This document shows positions 44,596 through 53,075 of a DNA stretch of 64,000 bases, in pieces. A model generated the notes under the pieces. That model searched no databases. It saw only the letters and a program-made list of their open reading frames with translations, and was not told the DNA's origin. The stretch is taken from positions 6,574 to 70,573 of the forward strand of contig JAYNYG010000005.1 in the NCBI GenBank assembly GCA_038102935.1. The letters are read 5' to 3'. Origin of the DNA: Alphaproteobacteria bacterium. Lineage in GTDB: Bacteria > Pseudomonadota > Alphaproteobacteria > Bin95. Numbering within the stretch: the stretch's first letter is position 1; every line of letters begins with the position of its first letter. A program made the translations under genes and the position numbers.

Positions 44596-45141
44596 TTACA
44601 TCATCCCAGCATTGGCGTCCGCGTCGCTCAATACGGGGTACTGGCGCGGATTGAAGAGCTGGTAGTGCCACCATTCTTTCAAGTAGCAGTCCCACCCTGC
44701 GGCTGTCATCAACCCCAGCAACAGATGGCGATTGCGTTGCGCCGCTTCGGGCACATCTGCCTCATGCCAAGCGTTTTCTGATAGCTGATCGAATGGTCCG
44801 CCCATATCGAGCGGCTGGCCGGATGCATCCAGCAACGTCAAATCAACCGCGACGCCGCGCGTATGGGGGCCGCCGCGCCTTGGGTCCGCAACATAGGGCG
44901 AGCCTGGGACCGCGCGCCAAAGCGCCCATTGCGCTTCGAGCGGGCGGAATGCGTCATAAATCCGGAACCGATATCCAAGCCGCCGGGCGAGCGTGATCGC
45001 GGCATCAAGCTTCTCCACAGCGTCTGGATGCAGCAGGGCGCGGGGGCGGCGATAGATTTGCTGGCCGGTGAAATTGTAGGGCGTCGCATAGGCGATCTCC
45101 AACTCTACATCGAACCGGTCTTTTGTGATTTCAATCAGCAT
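44596..45141 (-). CDS. D-alanyl-D-alanine dipeptidase, peptidase family M15D (DdpX/VanX-like)
   Basis: Zn-ligand motifs HTRGVAVDLTL (SxHxxGxAVD) and EWWHY. YDAFRP..QW substrate pocket. Start at ATG 45141 (MLIEITKDRF) gives a DdpX-like length of 181 aa. ORF track start 45231 would overlap the divergent hydratase gene. Confidence 0.75.
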   Translation of the reverse strand: MLIEITKDRFDVELEIAYATPYNFTGQQIYRRPRALLHPDAVEKLDAAITLARRLGYRFRIYDAFRPLEAQWALWRAVPGSPYVADPRRGGPHTRGVAVDLTLLDASGQPLDMGGPFDQLSENAWHEADVPEAAQRNRHLLLGLMTAAGWDCYLKEWWHYQLFNPRQYPVLSDADANAGMM

Positions 45142-45224
45142 GGTTTGGCGGTACGACGGGCTGGCGCCTCCGGTCAAGCTAATACCAACGGCGCAATAGA
45201 ATTCGCATTTTGGAGCGCTAAGCG

Positions 45225-45947
45225 ATGACAAACCCTGTTCGGGTCGAAATGAACGACGCCGTTTGCACGATTACTCTGGCGCGGGCTGAAAAAGCCAATG
45301 CGCTTTCAGCTGAGATGGCGCTCGGCGTGTTGGCCGCAGTAGAGGCGGCGCCAGCGAAGGGTGCGCGGATTATTATCCTGCGCGCGGACGGCAAGCACTT
45401 CTCTGCCGGGTTCGATTTCGGTGATTTCGAAGCATTGACCGATGGCGATCTTGTACTGCGCTTTCTGGAGGTCGAGGCGATGCTGCAGGCTGTCCATTAC
45501 TGCCCTATCCCCGTTCTGGCGTTGGTGCAGGGCAGGGCTGTAGGCGCTGGGGCGGATTTAGCGTCTGCCGCCATGCGGGTGATCGCTACGCCGGAAACGA
45601 GTTTCTTCATGCCCGGTCCGCGCTTTGGCGTGATCCTTGGCACACGGCGGCTTGCTGGCCGGATCGGCGCCGGCCTAGCACGTGCGATTCAAACAGAATC
45701 TCGCCCGATCAAAGCGGCGGAAGCGGCTGAAATCGGATTGATCGACGGCATTCTGGCGGCTGAGGACTGGTCTGCTGAAATCTCCGCATTTTCAAAAAAG
45801 ATGCAGACGCTTGATACGGAAACAGTAGCCGCATTGGCCGCCGCCACATCTACGGATACGCGTGATGCCGATATGGCCGCGCTTGCCCGGTCCGTCATGC
45901 GGCCAGGCATCAAGCAGCGGATCGCAGATTTCAGGAAAGGCGCTTAG
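45225..45947 (+). CDS. Enoyl-CoA hydratase/isomerase (crotonase) family protein
   Basis: ILRADGKHFSAGFDFGDF oxyanion-hole region; 240 aa. Confidence 0.75.
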   Translation: MTNPVRVEMNDAVCTITLARAEKANALSAEMALGVLAAVEAAPAKGARIIILRADGKHFSAGFDFGDFEALTDGDLVLRFLEVEAMLQAVHYCPIPVLALVQGRAVGAGADLASAAMRVIATPETSFFMPGPRFGVILGTRRLAGRIGAGLARAIQTESRPIKAAEAAEIGLIDGILAAEDWSAEISAFSKKMQTLDTETVAALAAATSTDTRDADMAALARSVMRPGIKQRIADFRKGA

Positions 45948-45963
45948 GGCGACTGCCAGCGCA

Positions 45964-47694
45964 TCATGAAGCCGAAGAGATATCCAGCTTTGGCTTCTGC
46001 TGCTGAGCACTGACAAGGCTGATAATCTTGTTGTTGGTTGGCCGGGTGAGTTCCGGCCGCCCATACAGATAGCCTTGCAGATACGTGACGCCTTCGCGTT
46101 TCAGAATTTCAGCTTCGGCCTCTGTCTCAACGCATTCAGCGACAGTTGTGAGATTAAATCCGCGCGCCAGACCAAGGAGCGTGCGGATGAAAAGCTGGTT
46201 ATCCGGCTTGTCTTCAAGGTCCGTGATGAACGCGCCATCTATCTTGACCATATCAACGGCCAATGCCTGCAGATTGCGGAAAGATGTGTATCCGGCGCCG
46301 AAATCATCCAGCGCGACAGCGCAGCCAAGGTCGCGAACTGCGGATACAAAGCGCGCCGATTCTTCCAGGTCCTGCAAGACGACAGTTTCTGTGATCTCAA
46401 TCGTCAACCGGGAACCAACTTCTGGCTTGCCGCGCAGATAGCTCACCAGCGTGCGTAACCAAGCTTGGTCGCTGGCTGTCATGCCAGAGATGTTGAGCGT
46501 CAACCGCACATAGGGGTCATTGAAGAGTTCTTCCATCGCCAAATGCAGCGTGCACCGATCAATCTGGCGCATCAGGCCAAGCTGCTCGACCACGGGCACG
46601 AAAGCGCCAGCGGGCAGGATCTGGCCGTCGGGGCGCCGCATGCGCAAGAGGCATTCGTATAGGATCGCCTCACCGCTCGCCGTATCGACGATCGGCTGGT
46701 AAGCCAGGACGAGGCGGTTATCGAGCAGCGCTTCCTGCACTTCCTTGGCGATACTCATATCCTGGCGGAGGCTTTGGCGCTGCATTTCTGTTAGCTGATA
46801 GACCACGTAGTGATTGCGGCCATCTTTCTTTGCTTGACGGAGCGCCATTTCTGCTCGGGACATAATGTCAAAGGATGTCTGGGCTGAGGTTGGGAAGACA
46901 ACGCCGCCGACGGATACGGTGATCGCGACATCGCCGACGACAGTTTTGATCGGAGCCTCGCGAACGCCCGCGATGATTTTCTCTGCCGTCTCTGCAGCCG
47001 CGTCTTCATCGCTGTGATCCAGCAACAAGCCAAAGCAATCGCCTTCGATGCGACCAACGATATCGCTGGCGGCGGTCAATTCATCCAAACGCTCGGCGAG
47101 GCCTGAGAGGACAGCATCGCCGATCTCAAATCCGAAAGCGTCATTGATGAGCGCGATGTTGTCGATATCAACCGTCAGGAAAGTGCGGCCAAAGCGTTTG
47201 CAGGCGGTGAGCGCATAATCAATGGCTTGGCGCAGGCGGAAGCGGTTGAAATGGCCTGTCAGGTCATCATAGTTCGCCAGATATTCAAGGCGCTGCTCAG
47301 CGCGTTTCCGGTTGGTTATTGCACGCAGCACGCCGCGCATTACGAGAGGGCGGCCATCAGGCATGAACTCTGCATGGCCGCGTTCGTGCAGCCACATGAA
47401 ATCGCCATTGCCCGCGCGGATGCGGTATTCGCAGTCAAACCGTGCGCCAGACGCAAAATGGCGGGAGAGGCGTTTCAGGCGTTCTTTCAGATCTTCGGAA
47501 TTCATACGGCCATGGAAAAGGTCGCCGGATTGCACCTCTTTGAGATCATCGAGTTCAAACATGCCGGCGGCGTCGCCGGTCCATGTTAGTGAATCTCGCG
47601 CGACATCCCATTCATAGACCACATCGCCAGCCGCGTTCAGCGCAGCTAGCAGGTCGGTTTGGATGGATGGGGACTGGCCCGCCATTCGGTTCAC
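45964..47694 (-). CDS. PAS - degenerate GGDEF (EGDCF) - EAL (ECL variant) c-di-GMP signalling protein, probable phosphodiesterase
   Basis: N-terminal PAS-like region, then GGDEF-fold (DDLTGHFNR...DIDNIALINDAFGFEIGD...RIEGDCF) with GG(D/E)EF replaced by EGDCF. EAL domain with QPIVD...ECLLRM, DDFGAGYTS and KIDGAF motifs retained. Confidence 0.8.
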   Translation of the reverse strand: MNRMAGQSPSIQTDLLAALNAAGDVVYEWDVARDSLTWTGDAAGMFELDDLKEVQSGDLFHGRMNSEDLKERLKRLSRHFASGARFDCEYRIRAGNGDFMWLHERGHAEFMPDGRPLVMRGVLRAITNRKRAEQRLEYLANYDDLTGHFNRFRLRQAIDYALTACKRFGRTFLTVDIDNIALINDAFGFEIGDAVLSGLAERLDELTAASDIVGRIEGDCFGLLLDHSDEDAAAETAEKIIAGVREAPIKTVVGDVAITVSVGGVVFPTSAQTSFDIMSRAEMALRQAKKDGRNHYVVYQLTEMQRQSLRQDMSIAKEVQEALLDNRLVLAYQPIVDTASGEAILYECLLRMRRPDGQILPAGAFVPVVEQLGLMRQIDRCTLHLAMEELFNDPYVRLTLNISGMTASDQAWLRTLVSYLRGKPEVGSRLTIEITETVVLQDLEESARFVSAVRDLGCAVALDDFGAGYTSFRNLQALAVDMVKIDGAFITDLEDKPDNQLFIRTLLGLARGFNLTTVAECVETEAEAEILKREGVTYLQGYLYGRPELTRPTNNKIISLVSAQQQKPKLDISSAS

Positions 47695-48089
47695 ACCCTT
47701 AACTTAAGAGGTCTTGGCCACCCAAGTTGGGCGCCCATGACGCGTTACGGTGCTAATATTGACCAGGGGTCTTTAATACAGAGTTACGATGAATACCTGA
47801 GACATGCTCAAGGATGAAAAAATTTCAGCTGTACAGCATCACGCCGCCCGTCCGATGCTTATATCCCATAGGCCTTAATGCTTTGAGCTTCGGAGAGAAT
47901 TTAGGACTTTGCCCAAAACAAGTCTGGAAAGCAGGGCTGGAATGGCGTCGCGGCGACGTCATGTGATAGAGTGAATCAGGTTACGGTCTGTGGAACTTTA
48001 TACAGAAGTAGGTGTAACCTCGTTTAAAGACAAAAATTAACAATATTAACCATCTTTATTTACTTTTTGGAAAACAAATTTGGCTTAGT

Positions 48090-48101
48090 GTGATTTATCA
48101 C
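48090..48101. promoter_or_regulatory. Palindromic operator-like site GTGAT-TT-ATCAC immediately upstream of a sigma70-like promoter
   Basis: Perfect 5-bp inverted arms; abuts TTGAAT (48102-48107) - 16 nt - TACATT (48124-48129). Confidence 0.35.
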
Positions 48102-48129
48102 TTGAATACAGATAAATTTAGATTACATT
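48102..48129 (+). promoter_or_regulatory. Candidate sigma70-type promoter (-35 TTGAAT, 16-nt spacer, -10 TACATT) facing the 48156 ORF
   Basis: Hexamer match 5/6 and 4/6 with good spacing inside an AT-rich block; followed by GGAG (48147-48150) and the TTG start at 48156. Confidence 0.3.
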
Positions 48130-48155
48130 GTATCAGTAACGTATATTGGAGTTGA

Positions 48156-48533
48156 TTGAACCTCGTGCCTGACCTGATCCGCATATCGCCAGACGCCGCG
48201 CGCATGATGCCGCCGGCCATGGTCGCGTCCGTACAGGGCGTGCGGCCAGGCGATGAACGGTCCCATCATGGCGCACGCATCGACTCCTATAGCGCATCTT
48301 CGCGGCACAGCCGTTTCCAAGAAGAAGAGATTGAGGTTCTAGGCCTTGGCGGTCGTGGCCGCCCGGTAATTTCGCTGCCCTCCAGCGCGTTCTTCGCCCA
48401 GCATATCAGCCAGAATCCAGAACCCGAGATGGACGGCTCGCGCCAAGCGCGCACGGCAGACGGCGCCTATCGCAACGCCGCTGACCTCGGCGTCACAATG
48501 ATGAGCCCTGACCCGATTTCAGTGGCGATCTAG
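48156..48533 (+). CDS. Hypothetical protein (orphan ORF, TTG start)
   Basis: 125-aa ORF of normal GC content directly downstream of the AT-rich island and GGAG. No recognisable motifs. Convergent with the next gene (16-nt gap). Confidence 0.3.
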   Translation: MNLVPDLIRISPDAARMMPPAMVASVQGVRPGDERSHHGARIDSYSASSRHSRFQEEEIEVLGLGGRGRPVISLPSSAFFAQHISQNPEPEMDGSRQARTADGAYRNAADLGVTMMSPDPISVAI

Positions 48534-48549
48534 CACGGTCTAACTGTCG

Positions 48550-49935
48550 CTATTCGCAGTAGGCGTTTAGCGGCGGCAGATGGCGCGTGCGGTCAAACCC
48601 TGACGCTTTGCACAGTCTGAGCTTGTTGGCCTCTGCATATTCGGATGCCGCCCTATTGCTGCAAGCTGAAACGGAGATGCTCGGGAAGCGCTTAGGATCA
48701 GGCCTGCTATTGTTCGCGCAAGGCAAACGGCAGATATAGGACCGTTTCCTTTCACATGTCCCCTTGACCGCAGGTGCGCCGCCCACGCCGCTGCGCATCA
48801 TATTCTCCAAAGTTTTGAGACCCACGCGAAGATCCGGTTTTCCAACTTCTTCGAGATCGCGGTTGAGGATAATCGTGCGCTTCGTTTGGCTGAGGGATTT
48901 TGGGTATCCCGCAGCCGCCAGCAACGCCACGGTCTCGCGGTTTACCCGCTTCATCCAGGCTGACATGCGTCCTGCATCTGGCTCATAGTGGTTGATTAGG
49001 CCAGCGGATGAACGGATAAAATAGTCGCCCGCATTCGGGATCAGGCCATACCCCGCGACGTCGTGCCAACTGCTGTTAAGTTCTGTATAGAGCGCCGAAA
49101 GAGGGCCGCTAATCGGTTTCTTGCCGCCAATTGGAGTATAAGAAATCTGGCGACATCGTGTGATTTTCACGTTGCCGCCCTTGCCAACATTCTTTCGGCG
49201 AACATCCGTTAGGGCCATGATTTTGCGCAACATATTTGAGACGTTTGCATGTTGGGTCTCGGTCATCGGCGTAGCGCAAGCGGCGGCGGATGATGTATCC
49301 GTCTTAGGCGCCGCCTCAAGCAAGGTTGCCGCTTGGGCTGGGGTTAAGCGCCCAGTAGCTTCGGCGTTTACGGAGGCCTGCCAGTTCGCGATCGCCTTGG
49401 CGGTACGCGCCCCGAACACGCCATCTGGCGTGCCTGATTGGTGGCCTTTGGCGTTCAGGGCCTGCTGGATACGCCAACGGTCTGAGCGGCTGAGGGTGGC
49501 CTGTCGCGTTGCTTCTCCTGATTTGGGCTTGGCGCTAGATTTTGCGGCTGCGACTGCTTTTTGTGGGCCAGATCGCCGTGTCAGGATGTTGCTCGACCCA
49601 TCCGCCCACAATAATTGCGTTGATGACCGTGTGCGCGAGCAGGCGTCGACAGGTGTGTTGTTGATACGAACATTGTAGCAAAAGCGACCGTTCTGCAGGC
49701 GCCACCGGCCGTCTAAGCGCCGTCCTTGCAAGGCAGGATTTGTGGAGAAATCAAACTTGAAGCGGGCATTGCCGCCCGTGTCTGTCGCTAGATCGCCTTC
49801 GCTGATGAAGACGCCGTTCCGATCATAGCCTTGAAAGCGAAAGGTGGAGCCTGAGAAATCATCCTTCGCAACCGCCAGGACCGGGTTGATATGAACGAGC
49901 GCCGCAGCGAAGAGCGCGCAAAGCCAACGAACCAC
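48550..49935 (-). CDS. Secreted protein with central peptidoglycan-binding (PG_binding_1-like) domain and Cys-rich uncharacterised C-terminal domain
   Basis: Signal peptide (MVRWLCALFAAALVHINPVLAVA, GTG start preceded by GGAG). PGBD-like segment RWRIQQALNAKGHQSGTPDGVFGARTAKAIANWQ. Ten Cys in the C-terminal 200 aa. Confidence 0.6.
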   Translation of the reverse strand: MVRWLCALFAAALVHINPVLAVAKDDFSGSTFRFQGYDRNGVFISEGDLATDTGGNARFKFDFSTNPALQGRRLDGRWRLQNGRFCYNVRINNTPVDACSRTRSSTQLLWADGSSNILTRRSGPQKAVAAAKSSAKPKSGEATRQATLSRSDRWRIQQALNAKGHQSGTPDGVFGARTAKAIANWQASVNAEATGRLTPAQAATLLEAAPKTDTSSAAACATPMTETQHANVSNMLRKIMALTDVRRKNVGKGGNVKITRCRQISYTPIGGKKPISGPLSALYTELNSSWHDVAGYGLIPNAGDYFIRSSAGLINHYEPDAGRMSAWMKRVNRETVALLAAAGYPKSLSQTKRTIILNRDLEEVGKPDLRVGLKTLENMMRSGVGGAPAVKGTCERKRSYICRLPCANNSRPDPKRFPSISVSACSNRAASEYAEANKLRLCKASGFDRTRHLPPLNAYCE

Positions 49936-49969
49936 TGAATAGCTCCAAATCCAACGATGATCTTTGGCG

Positions 49970-51397
49970 CTAATCTAACGCAGGCCGCATATCTGTCCAG
50001 CTTTGCGCCGCCTCGTAAGCCGCTGACGCTGAAAGTAAATCGGCATCAGATAGCCATGGTCCGGTGAGCTGAAGCCCACCTGCCGGCAATCCTGATTTTG
50101 TGAACCCATTTGGGAGGGTTACAGCTGGATGGCCTGTCAGGTTGAAAGGGTGGGTGTAGGGGTACCAGCCGTCCCGCAAACCGCCCGCATCGCCGCCATT
50201 GATCATCACCGGCCCGAATGGGTCATGGTCTGCGGGGAGGGCAGGGGCCGCCAAAGTTGGCGTCGCTAGGAAATCAATGTCGTCGAACCAGGACTGCACT
50301 TGGCGGAACAGGCGGGTGCGGGCTTCCATGGCGGATTGGACCTCGGTTGCGCCAAAGCCCCGGCCTTCGCCCATCCAACGGCGGAGTGTGTCTGACATCT
50401 GGTCGCCAAGCTTTTGTTCGACCTCTGCAAACCGCGTCGCCCAGATGGAGAAGGTGAGCGGACCCCATACCGGCAGCGTATTCTCGAAGGGATCATCGCG
50501 TTCGATCAGGTCTGCGCCCAAGTCCTCCAACACTTTGAGGGACGCCATGAAGGCCGCTTCAGTTTCTGGATCAACCCGTTCGTTGCCCATCTTGAGCCGC
50601 CAGCCGATGCGCTTGCCTTTCAGATCCATCGGATTGGCGCCCGTAGCTGCAAGGCCTTGCAGGTCGCGGCCAAGGGAATGCGGGTCGCTGGCGTCTGGCC
50701 CGGCCATAACGTCCAACATCAACGCTGCGTCTTCGACCGTGCGCGTGATGGGGCCGAGATACGCTAGGAGGCCAAAGACATCCGGCGTTTGGTCATGAGG
50801 CACGACGCCGAGCGTTTGCTTGACGCCGACAAGCCCACATACCGCCGCTGGTATCCGTGTGGACCCGCCGCCGTCCGTGCCGACGCCAAGCGGCCCGGCC
50901 CCCGTCGCCACCGCCGCCGCCCCGCCGCCGGAGGAGCCGCCGGTTGTGCGTGTTTGATCCCACGGGTTCAGCGTACGGCCATAGAGCGGCGCTTCCGTCA
51001 GCGGCTTATGGCCAAATTCCGGCGTTGTCGTTTTGGCGAAGATATTGGCCCCCGCCGCCCTCAACCTAGCGACGGCAATGCAATCCGCCGCCGGAATATT
51101 GTCTTTGTAATGGAGGCTGCCGAAGGTAGTGCGCAGATCCTTCGTGTTGCAAAGGTCCTTAACCGAGACCGGAACGCCGAAAAGGCTGCCCGACGCATCG
51201 CCCCGCATCAACGCAGCTTCATCCGCCTTGGCGCGATTCAGGGCGCGCTCGCCATCCAACGTAATGAAGGCGTTGCACGTGTCTTGCGTCGCTTCTGCTT
51301 GGGCCAGCACAGCCTGCATCACTTCGACCGGCGAGGCTTTCCGCGCCTTGATCAGACCAGCGAGTTCGGTCGCCGGCGTCCATGCGAGTTCGCTCAC
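49970..51397 (-). CDS. Amidase (amidase-signature family, GatA-like)
   Basis: AS motif GGSSGGGAAAVATGAGPLGVGTDGGGSTRIPAAVCG with the Ser-cisSer-Lys triad context (K...S...GGSSGG). Confidence 0.85.
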   Translation of the reverse strand: MSELAWTPATELAGLIKARKASPVEVMQAVLAQAEATQDTCNAFITLDGERALNRAKADEAALMRGDASGSLFGVPVSVKDLCNTKDLRTTFGSLHYKDNIPAADCIAVARLRAAGANIFAKTTTPEFGHKPLTEAPLYGRTLNPWDQTRTTGGSSGGGAAAVATGAGPLGVGTDGGGSTRIPAAVCGLVGVKQTLGVVPHDQTPDVFGLLAYLGPITRTVEDAALMLDVMAGPDASDPHSLGRDLQGLAATGANPMDLKGKRIGWRLKMGNERVDPETEAAFMASLKVLEDLGADLIERDDPFENTLPVWGPLTFSIWATRFAEVEQKLGDQMSDTLRRWMGEGRGFGATEVQSAMEARTRLFRQVQSWFDDIDFLATPTLAAPALPADHDPFGPVMINGGDAGGLRDGWYPYTHPFNLTGHPAVTLPNGFTKSGLPAGGLQLTGPWLSDADLLSASAAYEAAQSWTDMRPALD

Positions 51398-53034
51398 GAG
51401 GCGGAGCCTTGCACGACCCCAAGCGCCGCGCCGTCATGGCTAGGGTCGCCGCCGCCGGTCAGCGTTCCGTCTGCCGCGATCTTGATGGCATGGGGTGCGG
51501 CGAACGCGAATGTCAGCGGGGAGCGGACAACCTGATAGCCCTCAGCCTCCAGCGGCTCTGTCGTGTAGCCCGGAATGCGGTTTGTGATGTCGAGTGCGTT
51601 GCTGGTGGAGGAGAAGCGCGGCGCCGCTGTCGCTTCCACAGGCGACATATCGAAATCCACCATGTTCAGGATGACTTGCAACACGCCCATGGCGATCTGT
51701 GTGCCGCCGGGCGCGCCAAGCGCAATGCGCGGCTCATCGCCGTCAAATACAATGGAAGGGCAAAGCGACGTGAACCGGCTTTTACCCGGCGCCACAGACC
51801 CTGCCCGTCCCGGACGCGGATCAAACACCGCCATGCAGCCGTTATACATAAAGCCCAGCCCATCGGTGATGACGCCAGACGGCATGCCTAACGAATGCGT
51901 CATGGTGACGATATTGCCATCCCGGTCGCGCACCACGACATGGGTCGTGTCCTTCGGCTCATCCGCGCCGCCTTGATAGCGCTCAACGCTCGCCCGCTCC
52001 CGCGCCATGATGCGCTTGGCAACGTCTGCGGCGTAGTCCTTAGAAAGCAGCCGATCCAGCGGCACATCCACGAATGCTGGATCGCCGACTTGGGCGTCCT
52101 TATCAATCGTCGCCTGCTTCATGGCCTCAGACACGATGCGGAGATATTCGGTTTCGTTATGGCCAATGCCGGAGAGGTCAAAATTCTCCAGAATGTTCAG
52201 CATCTCCAAGAGCTGCACGCCGCCGCCCGGCGGTTTGTTGGAGGCGATGCGGCGACCGCGATATGTCGTCCACATCGGCGCGCCGCGCACCAGTTCGTAG
52301 CTTTCAAGGTCTGATTTGCGCATCAGCCCGCCATTGGCGGCGAAGTCAGCATCGATCTGGTCTGCGATTTCGCCGTGGTAGAAAATATTGGCGCCGTTCT
52401 TGGCGATCCGGCGGAGGGTTTCCGCCATATCCGGTATCTGCACATGGTCGCCAAGGCGCTTGATAGCGCCATCAGGGCGGAAATACACGTCGCGGCCCGT
52501 CTTCGAAAAGCCCAGCCGGTCGCCGACCGCAACCCGGCCATAGGCGGCGCCTTGGTTCCACCAGAAATCAACATGGGGGCGGACGATGAAGCCTTTGTCC
52601 GCCTGCTCAATCGCAGGCGCGCAGATATCGGCCCAATCGCAGGTTCCATATTCGCTGATGGCCGTATGATAGGCCAGCAGGCTGCCGGGCGTCGTGACCG
52701 ACTGGTAGCCGAGATCGTTTGGGCTGCCTTTCAGAATGAAGCCGAAGCCATCCTGGGTCTCGCCCTCAATCAGGTCTTCCCACATGGTTGGCGTAGCAGC
52801 CATAGGCGTGTTGCCGTGGAAGTCGATGCATTCATGCACGCCCCGCTTCGGCAAATAGACATGGCATGTGCCGAAGCCTGCAATGCCGCACATTTGCGGA
52901 TCGACTACGCCCTGCACCAGCGCCGCCACCATCGCTGCATCAACCGCATTGCCGCCGCGTTGGAGGATGCGCGCGCCAGCCTCTGCCGCTTCTGGCTGCG
53001 CGGCGCAGATCATGGCGTCATGTTTGGGGGGCAT
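51394..53034 (-). CDS. ggt: Gamma-glutamyltransferase (Ntn-hydrolase)
   Basis: 546 aa; N-terminal AAQPEAAEAGARILQRGGNAVDAAMVAAL; autoprocessing/nucleophile region KDTTHVVVRDRDGN. ATGA overlap with the downstream amidase. Confidence 0.85.
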   Translation of the reverse strand: MPPKHDAMICAAQPEAAEAGARILQRGGNAVDAAMVAALVQGVVDPQMCGIAGFGTCHVYLPKRGVHECIDFHGNTPMAATPTMWEDLIEGETQDGFGFILKGSPNDLGYQSVTTPGSLLAYHTAISEYGTCDWADICAPAIEQADKGFIVRPHVDFWWNQGAAYGRVAVGDRLGFSKTGRDVYFRPDGAIKRLGDHVQIPDMAETLRRIAKNGANIFYHGEIADQIDADFAANGGLMRKSDLESYELVRGAPMWTTYRGRRIASNKPPGGGVQLLEMLNILENFDLSGIGHNETEYLRIVSEAMKQATIDKDAQVGDPAFVDVPLDRLLSKDYAADVAKRIMARERASVERYQGGADEPKDTTHVVVRDRDGNIVTMTHSLGMPSGVITDGLGFMYNGCMAVFDPRPGRAGSVAPGKSRFTSLCPSIVFDGDEPRIALGAPGGTQIAMGVLQVILNMVDFDMSPVEATAAPRFSSTSNALDITNRIPGYTTEPLEAEGYQVVRSPLTFAFAAPHAIKIAADGTLTGGGDPSHDGAALGVVQGSAS

Positions 53035-53075
53035 GGTTTAGGCTCCGTTCGGTTTGGTTCTTATCTCGCAGGTTT

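Larger units (their letters stand above)
47695..48155. other. AT-rich intergenic island (about 460 bp, GC far below the flanking 60-65%; 48000-48150 is about 30% GC)
   Basis: Direct inspection: runs such as caaaaattaacaatattaaccatctttatttactttttggaaaacaaattt; no ORF of 60 aa or more; no tRNA-like T-loop. Confidence 0.8.

Noticed and set aside
47803-47889. 28-codon ATG ORF (MLKDEKISAVQHHAARPMLISHRP) inside the AT-rich island
   Set aside because: No ribosome-binding site, no conservation signal I can assess, short; kept only as a note
47695-48155. Possible tRNA or tmRNA in the AT-rich island
   Set aside because: No GTTCRANYC T-loop-like box or acceptor-stem pairing found on either strand
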